Assembly (NCBI GenBank): GCA_963708075.1
Contig: OY970194.1
Coordinates: forward strand, 4,896,001 to 4,960,000
Direction of reading: 5' to 3'
Origin: Sedimentisphaerales bacterium
GTDB taxonomy: Bacteria; Planctomycetota; Phycisphaerae; Sedimentisphaerales; Anaerobacaceae
Length of the DNA: 64,000 nucleotides
A program made the position numbers and the translations under genes. Of this stretch, positions 30,393 to 40,427 are shown in pieces. The notes under the pieces were generated by a model. The model was not told the origin of the DNA and ran no database searches. It saw only the letters and a list, made by a program, of their open reading frames with translations. Numbering within the stretch: position 1 is the stretch's first letter; every line of letters begins with the position of its first letter.

Positions 30393-30811
30393 GAATACCC
30401 CCTGTAGGCAAGCTGCCGGGCGCGCCACGCCATGAGGTCTTCGTATTCGGCGCAGGTTCGGACGTAAAACTCAGAGAAATCGTCTTCGCGGCCGGGGTGG
30501 ATAAACAGGACACGTCCTTTCAGCGCCTCGTGCCGAAGTACGGGCCCCGCCGTATCGAGCACCGTCAGATCGCAGGTGACGCCGCAGGCCTCCTCGACCT
30601 TGCCCGCGATTTCCAGAAGTCGATCTATGCTTTGGGCGTCCGCGCTCGTCAATGACACACCAATGTCTAGATCGGATCCTGCGTGCACGATGCCATCCCG
30701 GGCCGAGCCGAAAACTATTGCATACTCAATAGACTCGCTGCCGGCCAAAACGGAAGCAAGACGCTGCAAGTCAATCGCCTTGCCCTCCGTCGCCGCTGAT
30801 GGAATAGCCAT
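30383..30811 (-). CDS. Minimal nucleotidyltransferase (MNT/MntA-like)
   Basis: VFGSARDG...SDLDIGV (GS-x10-DxD) and DLTVL. Confidence 0.85.
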   Translation of the reverse strand: MAIPSAATEGKAIDLQRLASVLAGSESIEYAIVFGSARDGIVHAGSDLDIGVSLTSADAQSIDRLLEIAGKVEEACGVTCDLTVLDTAGPVLRHEALKGRVLFIHPGREDDFSEFYVRTCAEYEDLMAWRARQLAYRGYSCP

Positions 30812-30881
30812 CCGGTGTTTGCGTGATCCGGCTTTCACGTCGCTGTCTCCACATATCTCAATCAAGTACAGGACTCTCCCG

Positions 30882-30910
30882 ACTATAGGGGGCAGGCAGG
30901 AGGATGTCAA
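30882..30910 (-). promoter_or_regulatory. Sigma70 promoter of the MNT-namZ pair
   Basis: TTGACA-17-TATAGT. Confidence 0.65.
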
Positions 30911-31207
30911 GCAGGCGTGCGCGGTGATCGCCAAACGCGACGGGGCGCTGCTGGGAAGATGGTTCTATCTGCATCAGCACTATTCTCGGACTTCTCCGCC
31001 GGACCTGTGCCGGCAAAGGAGGGGGATATTGGGCGGATGCGCTTGCCGGTCCGTTCTCAAGGGGACGTCCCTGCAAATTGTGCAAGCCTCGTTCAAAATG
31101 CAAGGATCGTGGGGCCGACACGCCATTCAGCAGCGGGAATCAGCCGGAGAAGGGGCCGGCTGGCGAACCCAATGCGTCGGAGTCCGTAAAAATTAGGGAA
31201 TTTCCTC

Positions 31208-31236
31208 TTGCATTTGTGTCGATGCTGAGGTATCCT
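31208..31236 (+). promoter_or_regulatory. Sigma70-like promoter upstream of fusA
   Basis: TTGCAT-17-TATCCT. Confidence 0.45.
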
Positions 31237-31423
31237 ATTTGTTTTCCTCGCTTCTGGTGATGGAGGGGGGTATGGCTACCTACCAGTCACCTAGAATTCA
31301 CGGTGATCTTCGGAATTTGCGGGGACTCACCAACCGATAAGCGAGTACGTACTATCGCCGGGCTATCGGAATACCCGGCTGGTGGGAAGAAATATTGTCT
31401 TTGAACGACTGTTGTTGACGAAC

Positions 31424-33521
31424 ATGGAAAAGATCGGAAAGATTCGAAACATTGGAATATCGGCGCATATCGACTCGGGCAAGACGACCCTGAGCGAGCG
31501 CATTCTATACTATTGCGGCCGGATTCACCGGATGCAGGAGGTCCACGACGGCGACGGGGAGGGCGGCGCGACCATGGACTTCATGGACCTGGAGCGTGAG
31601 CGCGGCATCACGATCAAGTCGGCCGCCACGCAGGTCGCCTGGCGGGGCAACAGCATCAACCTGATCGACACCCCCGGCCACGTGGATTTCACGGTCGAGG
31701 TCGAACGGTCGCTGCGCGTGCTCGACGGAGCGATCATGATCCTGTGCGCCGTCGGCGGCGTGCAGAGCCAGTCGTTCACTGTCGATCAGCAGATGAAACG
31801 CTATCGCGTGCCGCGAATCGCCTTCATCAATAAGATGGACCGCGTCGGCGCCGACCCGGACCGGGTGCGCCGCGATATCCGCGAGAAGCTCGGCCTCAAC
31901 GCCGTGCCGATCCAACTGAATATGGGCATCGCCGAGGGCTTCCAGGGCGTGATCGACCTGATCACGATGGAAGCAGTTACGTTTGAGGGTGAGGATGGGG
32001 ACGATGTCGTACGCAAGACCATTCCGGCGGAGTATGCCGCGGCGGCTCAGAAGGCCCGGCACGAAATGCTGGACGCCCTCAGCATGTTTAGCGACGAGAT
32101 GACGGACCTGCTCCTTGAAGAGCGGCCTGTCGGCGAGGAGATGGTCCGCCGGACGATTCGCGAGGCCACGATCAATCGCGAAATCGTGCCGCTGATGATG
32201 GGCTCGGCCTTCAAGAACAAGGGCGTGCAGCCGCTGCTGGACGCCGTCTGCGATTACCTGCCCAGCCCGCTGGATCGCTCCTACTTCGCCCGCGACCACA
32301 ACAATGCGGGCACGGAGACGCCGCTGGCCGGCGATCCGGATGCGCCGCTGGTGGCGATGGTCTATAAGATCACCGACGAGCCGTTCGGGCAGTTGAGTTA
32401 CGTCCGCATCTACCAGGGCACGCTCGTCAAGGGCGGCCAGTACCGCAACGCACGCACAAATCGCATGCTTCGCGTCGGCAGGATCGTCCGCATGCACGCC
32501 AACGACCGCGCGGACATCCCCAGCGCCGGCCCCGGCGACATCGTCGCGCTGCTGGCCGTGGAATGTGCCAACGGCGACACGCTCTGCGGCGAAGAGCGTC
32601 AACTACTCGCTCGAAAGCATCTTTATCGCCGATCCCGTGATCAGTCTGTCCGTCATCCCCGCCAGCAACGCCGACCAGGAACGCATGGGCAAGGCGCTGA
32701 GCCGGTTCATGAAGGAGGACCCGACCTTCCGCGTCTCGACCGATCCGGAGACCGGCGAGACCGTCATCGCGGGCATGGGCGAGCTGCACCTCGACATCTA
32801 CATCGAGCGGATGCGCCGCGAGTACAGGGCGAACGTCACCGTCGGAGCGCCGAGCGTCAGCTACCGCGAGTCCCCGACCGTCGAGGCCAAGTTCGATTAC
32901 CGCCACAAGAAGCAGACCGGCGGCTCGGGCCAGTTCGCCCACGTGGTCGGCCGGCTGATCCCGCTGCCTCCGGGCAGCGAGTCCGCGTACGAGTTCGAGG
33001 ACAATGTCAGAAACGGCCGCATCCCCAATGAGTACATTCCCGCCGTGAACAGGGGGTTCCAGGCAGCGATGAAGAAAGGCCCCGTGGCCGGTTACCAGGT
33101 CGTCGGATGCAAGATGTCCCTGGATGACGGCTCGTACCACCCGGTCGATTCCAGCGAGATGGCCTTCCGCATCGCAGGCCGCGATGCCTTCGTCGAGGCC
33201 TTTCGCCGGGCCCGGCCGTGTCTCATGGAGCCGGTCATGAAGGTGGAAGTGGAAACGCCCAAGGAGTACCAGGGCGCGATCGTCGGCGACCTCAACAGCC
33301 GACGCGGGATCATTCACGATACCGAGATCCGCGGCACCTGCGTGGTCGTGCGGGCCGAAGTCCCGCTGGCCTGCATGTTCGGCTACGCCACGATCGTTCG
33401 CGGCATGAGCAAGGGCATGGCCACCTTCACCATGGAAATGTCCCACTACGCCCGGGTCCCCACGAAACTCGCCGAGGAAATCATCACCCGCCGTCGCGAA
33501 AAACAGACCGCGAAGAAGTAA
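31424..33521 (+). CDS. fusA: Elongation factor G (stand-alone paralog) with one apparent 1-nt insertion near 32592
   Basis: AHIDSGKTT, ERGITI, DTPGH, NKMD; reading continues in a shifted frame with EDPTF, GMGELHL, KKQTGGSGQF, HPVDSSE. Confidence 0.92.
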
Positions 33522-33535
33522 GAAGCCGCACGGAG

Positions 33536-34171
33536 CTACTCGGCCTTGCGAGGGAGGGTCATTGGGCCGATGAACAGCCGTTCGTCGTCGGCATACTTCA
33601 TGACGAACGCCTGCAGCTCTTTAGTCGAGCCCGTCAGGATGGGCCCGCGTTCCCTCATGGTGTGTGCCATTGCCTGTGGTTCGGCCTCCAGCAGCTTCTT
33701 GAATTCCCCATCAAGCGTGATACCGAGCTTCAGTTGATCGCCGATGGCATCCACCCGGAGGAACGTGTGCGAACGCAGGAGAAAAAGCCCGTTGTACGCC
33801 TTCTCCGCGTCAGACTGGCCCATAGGGAACTGGTCAGGAAAGACGTCGAGAAACCGTCGGTTCCCTAGCTTCACCATGCATGCAGCGAGGACCCATTTGG
33901 GACCCAGCTTGTTGGTCAAGGTCAGTCGGTAGATCCGCTTGAACTCGCCCTGCAATTCCTCGGGCAGCGTCTTCGTGGCGCTTTGCTCGAAGCGGGCGAA
34001 CTCCCACTCCCAGGCCGCACCCGGGTTGTTCGAGTCTTCAATCCAGGTGCCGAGAAGCTTCTCGTCAAAGACGATTGTCTCTTTCGTGAAGAGCGGATTC
34101 AGCGAGACAATGGGCACGCAGCCGGCCATTAGACCTGCAAGACAGTAGAACACGACGCTCTTAGCTTTCAT
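33536..34171 (-). CDS. Hypothetical lipoprotein (paralog 1)
   Basis: Lipobox LMAG-C; GAGGAG RBS; strongly similar to 35273-35911. Confidence 0.8.
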   Translation of the reverse strand: MKAKSVVFYCLAGLMAGCVPIVSLNPLFTKETIVFDEKLLGTWIEDSNNPGAAWEWEFARFEQSATKTLPEELQGEFKRIYRLTLTNKLGPKWVLAACMVKLGNRRFLDVFPDQFPMGQSDAEKAYNGLFLLRSHTFLRVDAIGDQLKLGITLDGEFKKLLEAEPQAMAHTMRERGPILTGSTKELQAFVMKYADDERLFIGPMTLPRKAE

Positions 34172-34625
34172 AATTCCTCTCCTCGACTTGGCCAAATCAC
34201 CGATGATTTGGCTAAGCATACATGGCAAAAGGACGGATGTCTCCTCCCAAATAAGTCCATTCCGCCGCTTTGCGGCGCGAGTTTATCGCTTTGTGGCCTC
34301 CAGCATATTCGAGGCTATTGTCCTTTCCGAAGCATCGCTGCAACTGGTGCATGGGATATATCATGCTGGTGGCTCCAAAGCGGTAAACTCACCTGCCCGC
34401 GACTGCCGGCAGACCTCCACAGATTCCCAAATACACTCCGTGGCTGAGAGCGAGCGGGCTCCCCTCAACTATGGTATTTGATGTCCAGGACAGATGCGGC
34501 TATTGCGTAGGTCGTATGAGGAATTGGCTGAGGGAAGGGGTTCCATCGACTTATTCAAAGGCATCGTAGGAATAGAAAAAGAAAGCTTGGTGTTTGACAC
34601 GTGAATGGCTGAAAGGAGCTTAGCG

Positions 34626-35198
34626 ATGAGTACCACCGAAACATATACGAAATCAAAGGGTGCATCGAGGACGGAAGAGCTTAAGGCTCGCGGCACGGCG
34701 GTGCAGGAGCCAATGATGAAGGCCGAGCCGCAGAAGGAACACCAGTGGCTGCAGAAGCTCGTCGGCGAGTGGACCTATGAAGGCGAAATGACGATGGAGC
34801 CGGGCAAGCCTCCCACGAAGTTCGAAGGCACCGAGAGCGTCCGATCGCTCGGCGGCCTCTGGATTCTGGCCGAAGGACAAGGCGAAATGCCCGATGGCAA
34901 CCCCGTGACGACGGTACTGACGCTTGGCTATGACCCGCAGAGGGAACGGTTTGTCGGCGCATTTGTTGCATCGATGGAGACCCACCTGTGGCTGTATGAT
35001 GGCGCTCTGGATGCGGCCGAGAAGATGCTGACGCTCAATACCGAGGGGCCCAATATGGCTGCCGAGGGGAAGATGACGAGGTTCAAGGACTCGATGGAGT
35101 TCAGGAGCGACGACCATCGCGTGCTTGTCTCGGACATCCTGGGCGACGACGAGAAATGGCACCGGGTCATGACGATCTACTATCGGCGGACGAAGTAG
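34626..35198 (+). CDS. DUF1579 domain protein
   Basis: PQKEHQWLQKLVGEW...LGGLW...LGYDP pattern; alternative start at 34713. Confidence 0.8.
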   Translation: MSTTETYTKSKGASRTEELKARGTAVQEPMMKAEPQKEHQWLQKLVGEWTYEGEMTMEPGKPPTKFEGTESVRSLGGLWILAEGQGEMPDGNPVTTVLTLGYDPQRERFVGAFVASMETHLWLYDGALDAAEKMLTLNTEGPNMAAEGKMTRFKDSMEFRSDDHRVLVSDILGDDEKWHRVMTIYYRRTK

Positions 35199-35272
35199 CT
35201 GTGCGCAGCGGTGCGAGCCGGACACCTTACGTGGAAGCAATGCATGCCGGCGCTTGTCGCCGCTACGCGGAC

Positions 35273-35911
35273 CTACTTATTCTTTCGGACGAGGGGCAAC
35301 TCGTGAGCGAACAGCCGCTTGTCGTCGGCATATTTCGTGACGAACGACTGCAGCTCTTTGGTCGAGGCCGTCAGGACAATGTGCTCTTCGGTTACCGCGT
35401 GCGCCACCGCCTTCGGCTCGGTTTCCACCAGCTTCTTGAATTCGTCGTCGTCTGTGAACTGGATCTTCAGTTGATCGCCGATCGCGTCCACCCGGACGAG
35501 CGTGTGGCAGGGCACGAAAAAGAACGCATTGAATCCGAGCTTCATCTTCTCCATATCGGACTCGCCCGAAGGGAACTGGTCGGGGAAGATGTCGAGGAAC
35601 CGCCGGTCGCCCAGTCTCACCAGGCATGCGGCGAGAGCGCCTTTATGGCCTTCCTTGTCGGTCAAGCTCACCCGATAGACGCGCTTGTACTCGCTCTGCA
35701 ATTCCTTGGGCAGATTCTCCGCGGCACTCTCCTCGAAACGCGCGAACTCCCAGGATATGCCCGGGTCGTTCGCGTCTCCGAGCCAGGCGCCGAGGAGCTT
35801 CTCATCGAACACAATATCGTCCTTCGTGAAGAGCGGGTGCAGCGAGACGATGGGCACGCAGCCGGCCATCAAACCCAGCAGACAGCAGAACATGATTTTC
35901 TTTGCTTTCAT
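35273..35911 (-). CDS. Hypothetical lipoprotein (paralog 2)
   Basis: Lipobox LMAG-C; shares VPIVSL.PLFTK..IVFDEKLLG.W and STKELQ.FV.KYADD with paralog 1. Confidence 0.82.
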   Translation of the reverse strand: MKAKKIMFCCLLGLMAGCVPIVSLHPLFTKDDIVFDEKLLGAWLGDANDPGISWEFARFEESAAENLPKELQSEYKRVYRVSLTDKEGHKGALAACLVRLGDRRFLDIFPDQFPSGESDMEKMKLGFNAFFFVPCHTLVRVDAIGDQLKIQFTDDDEFKKLVETEPKAVAHAVTEEHIVLTASTKELQSFVTKYADDKRLFAHELPLVRKNK

Positions 35912-35985
35912 AATTGTCTCTCCTCAGGTTTCGCGATCTGAACTGATTCTTCCCATCGATTATACGGGTTGACTATCACCTTTCC

Positions 35986-36074
35986 GGGTGGCAGCGTCAA
36001 GCGCAGCTTGGCGATGGTCGTGGTGGAATGCGATACAGCCATCGCCAAGGCCTTCGGCCTTGACGCTGCCACCC
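35986..36074. repeat. Family A palindromic element
   Basis: Same arms as 1413-1492 with a different central loop. Confidence 0.9.
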
Positions 36075-36100
36075 GAGCTTACAGGAAGCACATCCACATG

Positions 36101-36976
36101 TTACTGGAACAGAACCGCCAGGCGGTCTTTTTCCGTCGGGCTGATCCCATTCGGCGCCGTCCACACAGCCAACTCCAGGCTCCTGCGACAGGCGCAGCTC
36201 TCGTCCACCAGCGGCGCATCGCCGGCCAGCAGGGCCCGAATCAGGGTCAGGCAGTTGTCCGTCGCCTTGCGCAGGTTCGACAGGATCTCCTGCAGCAGGG
36301 TCTGCTTGCCCTTGGATTCGTCATGCCCGCGCCACGCGTCGTAGTCGCTGGCCAGGGCCACGAGCGCGTAGCACATTTGTGCCTCGCGGGCGAGCTTGGC
36401 CTCGGGCATCGCGGTCATGCCGATCAGGTCGCCGCCCCACTTTCGGTGCATGAGCGACTCGGCCCGCGTGGAGAACTGGGGTCCCTCCATGCAGACGTAG
36501 GTCCCGTTGAGATGGGCGGTGACATCGAGCGGGATTCCGGCGTGCACCATCCTCTCATGGAGCCGGCCGCAGACCGGTTGGTCCATTTCACAATGCACCG
36601 CGCCGAAGCCGCTGAAGAATGTGTTCGCGCGCTTGAAGGTCTTGTCGATGAACTGATCCACGATCACCAGATCGCCCGGGACGATCTTCGCCTGGAGCGA
36701 GCCGACGGCTCCGCTGGCGATGACGGCGTGCACCCCGAGCTTCTTGAGGGCGAAAATGTTCGCGGCGAACGGCACCTCGCTCGGGGACAGCCTGTGTCCC
36801 TCACCGTGGCGACCCAAGAAGGCGATCTGCCTCTTGCCCAGCGTTCCCAACATGATGGGCCCGCTCGGCTTGCCGAAGGGCGTGTCCACCTCCCGCATCT
36901 CGACGCCGGTCAACTGCGCCGCGAGCGCATCGCCCAATCCTGTGCCTCCGATGATGCCAACCAGCTCACTTGCCAT
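36101..36976 (-). CDS. mtnP: S-methyl-5'-thioadenosine phosphorylase
   Basis: IIGGTG, TPFGKPS, RHG, ANIFALK, EGPQFSTRAES, GMT, SDYD. Confidence 0.95.
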   Translation of the reverse strand: MASELVGIIGGTGLGDALAAQLTGVEMREVDTPFGKPSGPIMLGTLGKRQIAFLGRHGEGHRLSPSEVPFAANIFALKKLGVHAVIASGAVGSLQAKIVPGDLVIVDQFIDKTFKRANTFFSGFGAVHCEMDQPVCGRLHERMVHAGIPLDVTAHLNGTYVCMEGPQFSTRAESLMHRKWGGDLIGMTAMPEAKLAREAQMCYALVALASDYDAWRGHDESKGKQTLLQEILSNLRKATDNCLTLIRALLAGDAPLVDESCACRRSLELAVWTAPNGISPTEKDRLAVLFQ

Positions 36977-37044
36977 TACCAGGTCTCCTTTCTGTGCCGG
37001 AGCTATGATAATCCCGGCAGCCGGGCGCGTCGAGGGGCAAGGGT

Positions 37045-37148
37045 GGACGGGAGTGGACTTGACGGACGTAGTGGGCCAATAGGACCAATGCTCGGCAGTG
37101 CCGATCATAGGTCCTATTCGTCCTATGCGTCCACTGCGTCCACACTCC
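37045..37148. repeat. Nonamer-arm palindrome (GGAC.....)n/(.....GTCC)n
   Basis: 9-nt periodic arms; related copy at 40343-40425. Confidence 0.75.
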
Positions 37149-37221
37149 CTTCGCGCTGAACCGGCCCGCCCAACCGCCGTACTACCAGGAAACTCGAATC
37201 ATTCTAAAGGAGCCGGCAACT

Positions 37222-37536
37222 ATGGACCTGGTCATTACGGTCAAGGAAATCAAAGGGCACTGCCCGACGTTCCGAACGGGCGATTCATTCGCTCTCAAAG
37301 CCTGCTATCAGCTTGTCAGCGATGTCCCCGTCTGCATGCACGCCCTGGCGGCGCTGATGCCCTGGTACAACGCCCTGCGGGTTTCCGAGCCCGCCGACTG
37401 GGGCCTCGACGGCAAGCAGGACAAGACCAAAGCCTACATCCAGTGTCCCGACCCCTGCCAGTACACCAACGGCGGCACGGTCATCATGGAGATCAGCAAA
37501 GTCGCCCAGGCCCCCGTTGCCGGCGAGACTCAGTGA
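37222..37536 (+). CDS. TIGR04076-family small Cys-containing protein
   Basis: ITVKEIKGHCP...GDSF, CMHAL, QCPDP...GGTVIMEI; AAGGAG RBS. Confidence 0.8.
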   Translation: MDLVITVKEIKGHCPTFRTGDSFALKACYQLVSDVPVCMHALAALMPWYNALRVSEPADWGLDGKQDKTKAYIQCPDPCQYTNGGTVIMEISKVAQAPVAGETQ

Positions 37537-37577
37537 CACCCAACGCGGCACCCACTTCGGAGTCGAACTTGCAGCCG

Positions 37578-37740
37578 GTGCCATGCTTACGCTTGCGTAA
37601 GCATGCTTTGCGTATCGAATGGAGCATGTCTACCCACGCGCAAACATGCCGCCCGGCCGCACTTGTAGGATGGGCTTCAGCCCATGCAGTTCTTGTCTTG
37701 GGTACTCTGAACCCTCCGCATGGGCTAAAGCCCATCCTAC
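37578..37740. repeat. REP cluster including a GTAG doublet (REPIN-like)
   Basis: GTAGGATGGGCTTCAGCCCATGC ... GCATGGGCTAAAGCCCATCCTAC inverted pair, plus a GCCATGCTTACGCTTGCGTAAGCATG palindrome. Confidence 0.8.
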
Positions 37741-37854
37741 ATTCTCTCATGGGGTTCCCGCGAACGCGGAAAACCTGCTGGAGCAACCCCAAGGGGTCGC
37801 CCCAGCAGGTCTAGGGTGCGTTTGCCGAGGTCTTATCTGCGCGGCTGCGATGAC

Positions 37855-40101
37855 CTACGGTGCGGCGGGCAGGCTCGGCACGATCTTGAGCATCACGCCC
37901 GTCTCGCCCTGAGGTCCCAGCGCGGTCGATCCAAAGACGTACAGCTCGCCGTCGGCGTCCTCGCCGAACCCTCTGAGCCAGAATCCCGTCGGGCCGTCAG
38001 CCACGCCGATGCGCAGCTCCTTGATGACAGCGTTCGAGTCGAGGTAGAAGAGCCTGGCGCTCGGCGCCGCGAACGAGCCCCAGTCGCCGAACACGTAGAG
38101 ACCCTGCAGAGCGGGGATCTGAATGCCTCGATAGACGAAGCCGCCGATGACGACGGCGCCCTCGCCGTGGTCATACTCGGCGATGGGATCGATCAGGTCG
38201 GGCGGCACCGGGCGCACGGGACCGGTCACGACCTTGCCGATGTTCTCGCTGACGGAATCGAACCAGAAGCTGCCTTCCTTGACGTTCCAGCCGTAGTTGC
38301 CGCCTTTGACGATGAGGTCCACTTCCTCGATGTTGTTCTGTCCGGCGTCCCCCACGTACAGATCCCCGGTGAGCTTGTCGAAGCTGAACGTGAACGGATT
38401 GCGCAGGCCGTACGCGTAGATTTCCGGGATGGCGTCCCGATTCACAAACGGGTTGATGCTCGGGACGCCGTACTGACCATTCGCCGAGTCGTTGCCATCG
38501 ACGTCGATGCGAAGGAGCTTTCCATAGATTCTCTGGAGGCTTTGGGCGTTGCCGCCGGGCACGTGGCCGTTCGCCACGTCATTCGCCCGGCCGCCGTCGC
38601 CGAGCGAGAAGTAGAGGAGCCCGTCCGGCCCGAAGCGCAGGGTGCCGCCGTTATGGTTGGATTGCGGCTTGTCGATGCGCAGGATCTTCGCGCCGGCTGT
38701 TCGGATCGATCCGGTTGGCATCGTTGGGGTCCATCCGCCACTCGGCGATGACCGACTGGTGGTTGTTCACCACCCCTTCCGGCATCACATTGACGAAATC
38801 CGCCACTGTGTTGATGTCGATGGGCTCGGACGTATAGGTGTACACCAGCGGATGATTCGCGAAGTCCGGGTGAGTCGCAAGGCCGAGCAGGCCCCGCTCG
38901 TCGTAGTTGCCAAATGTCACCAACCGGCTGCGCACGTCCAACAGAGGCGTCGGCAGCTTGCCGGCCGCGCCGGTCACGACCCACGCCAGACCCGCCTGAT
39001 CGTAGACGAACATGCGTTTGCTTCCATCGTCCGGGACAGCCAGACCCAGCGGCGCGCTCAGGCCCTCGACGACCGGCTGCAGCTCGATTGTGATGTCGCC
39101 TTTGACGATGAGCTGCGGAATGGGATCGACAATGGGCTCCGTCTTCACAGTCACCGTCACGGCCGCGGAGGTCGTCGCATCGGCATCGTTATCCGTGGCC
39201 ACTGCCGTCAGAGCATGCGCGCCAGGATATAGGGTGACAGTCGTGCTGTAGGGCGGCGGCAGGACAGACCCGAGCGAGCTTGTGCCGTCGAAGAACTCCA
39301 CACTCGTCACCGTCCCATCCTTGTCGCTGACTGCGGCCTCAATCGTTACCTCGGCGGGCGAAACAAACGTCGCGCCGTCGGCGGGACCGGTGATCGAGAC
39401 GGAAGGCGGCGAGTTGGGCGCCGGCGTGTAAACGACCACGAGTGTGCCGGCGCCGCGCCGCCCTGGCGAGACACGAATCCGCGCACCGAGCGAGCCGAGG
39501 CTTCCGCCCGGCTGGTCAGCAGCCAGCCAAAATTCTGCGCCGGCTCGTTCACCCAGAGCTGCACGTCCGCCACCAGGCCCGCGCCTGTCCAGGAGTATTT
39601 TGCGTTATCTGCGGACCCCACGGCCGTCGAGGCGCTGGCGGTCGCTGCCGCGTTGCTTTTGGCCCCGGGCGCCGTCCAGGCGGCCGTGCCCATAATACGG
39701 GCGTTCCAGGTTGTCTCTCCGGCTGTTGCCGGCGCCCCGCCGCTGCCGGCCTTGGTCCCTTCCTTCCAGCCCGCCAGCAGGCGTAAGAGATCGAATGTGG
39801 AATTGACCGGGCCGTTGGCCGGGACCTTGACGACCATCAGTTGCAGCGTCGCGGAAGTGACGGTCGATCCGGGCGGGATGCTGCCCAGATCGAAACGCAG
39901 CAGGCCCCGGCGAATGCCGCCGATGCCGTCCCTGCCGGCGTCGAACCAGCCGGTGGCACCCGCATTGTTGCCCGGGGCGCCGGAATTGATGAAGGTGTCC
40001 TCGATGACAGCCAGGTTCGCAACCTCCGCAAGGCTGCACAGCGGCCAGGACAATACGACAAGACAAAGGATTCCCAATACCATACGCGTGCGCGATTTCA
40101 T
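37855..40101 (-). CDS. Secreted DNRLRE-like + Ig-like + glucose/sorbosone dehydrogenase beta-propeller protein (apparent indels near 39455 and 38690)
   Basis: Three ORFs in register: signal/EDTFI...LLRFDL; PPSVSITGP...LTAVATDN; ERGLLGLA...HNGG...GDGG...AYGLRNP...GGNYGW. Confidence 0.85.
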
Positions 40102-40427
40102 TCTCGTGCCTCCTGTTTATCCGGTCGGATGGTACGACCTTGGTTCTTCTTTTCTCACCTCGGCCCGGGCCACGCTCGGGCGGCGGTGCCTAACCTCTTA
40201 TCCACTGCCGCCATATGGTACGCAGGGCGCCGCCGCTCATCCATGCGGCGAACGCTGCTTTCCGGATCAGGGGACACCCCTTTTTCGCATAGGGCGAAGT
40301 ACCTAGCCCGTCTCTGCGCACGAGAGAGCCGCCCCTTGCGATGGGAGTGGACTTGATGGACGTAGTGGACCCATAGGACCCGGTCATAGGTCCTATTTGT
40401 CCTATTGGTCCTATAGGTCCTGTCCCT

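Noticed and set aside
32580..32605. Programmed frameshift or true pseudogenisation of fusA
   Set aside because: No slippery run. Both halves are fully conserved, and similar single-base indels occur at ~38690, ~39455 and ~40990, which points to sequencing or assembly error. Read mapping would settle it.
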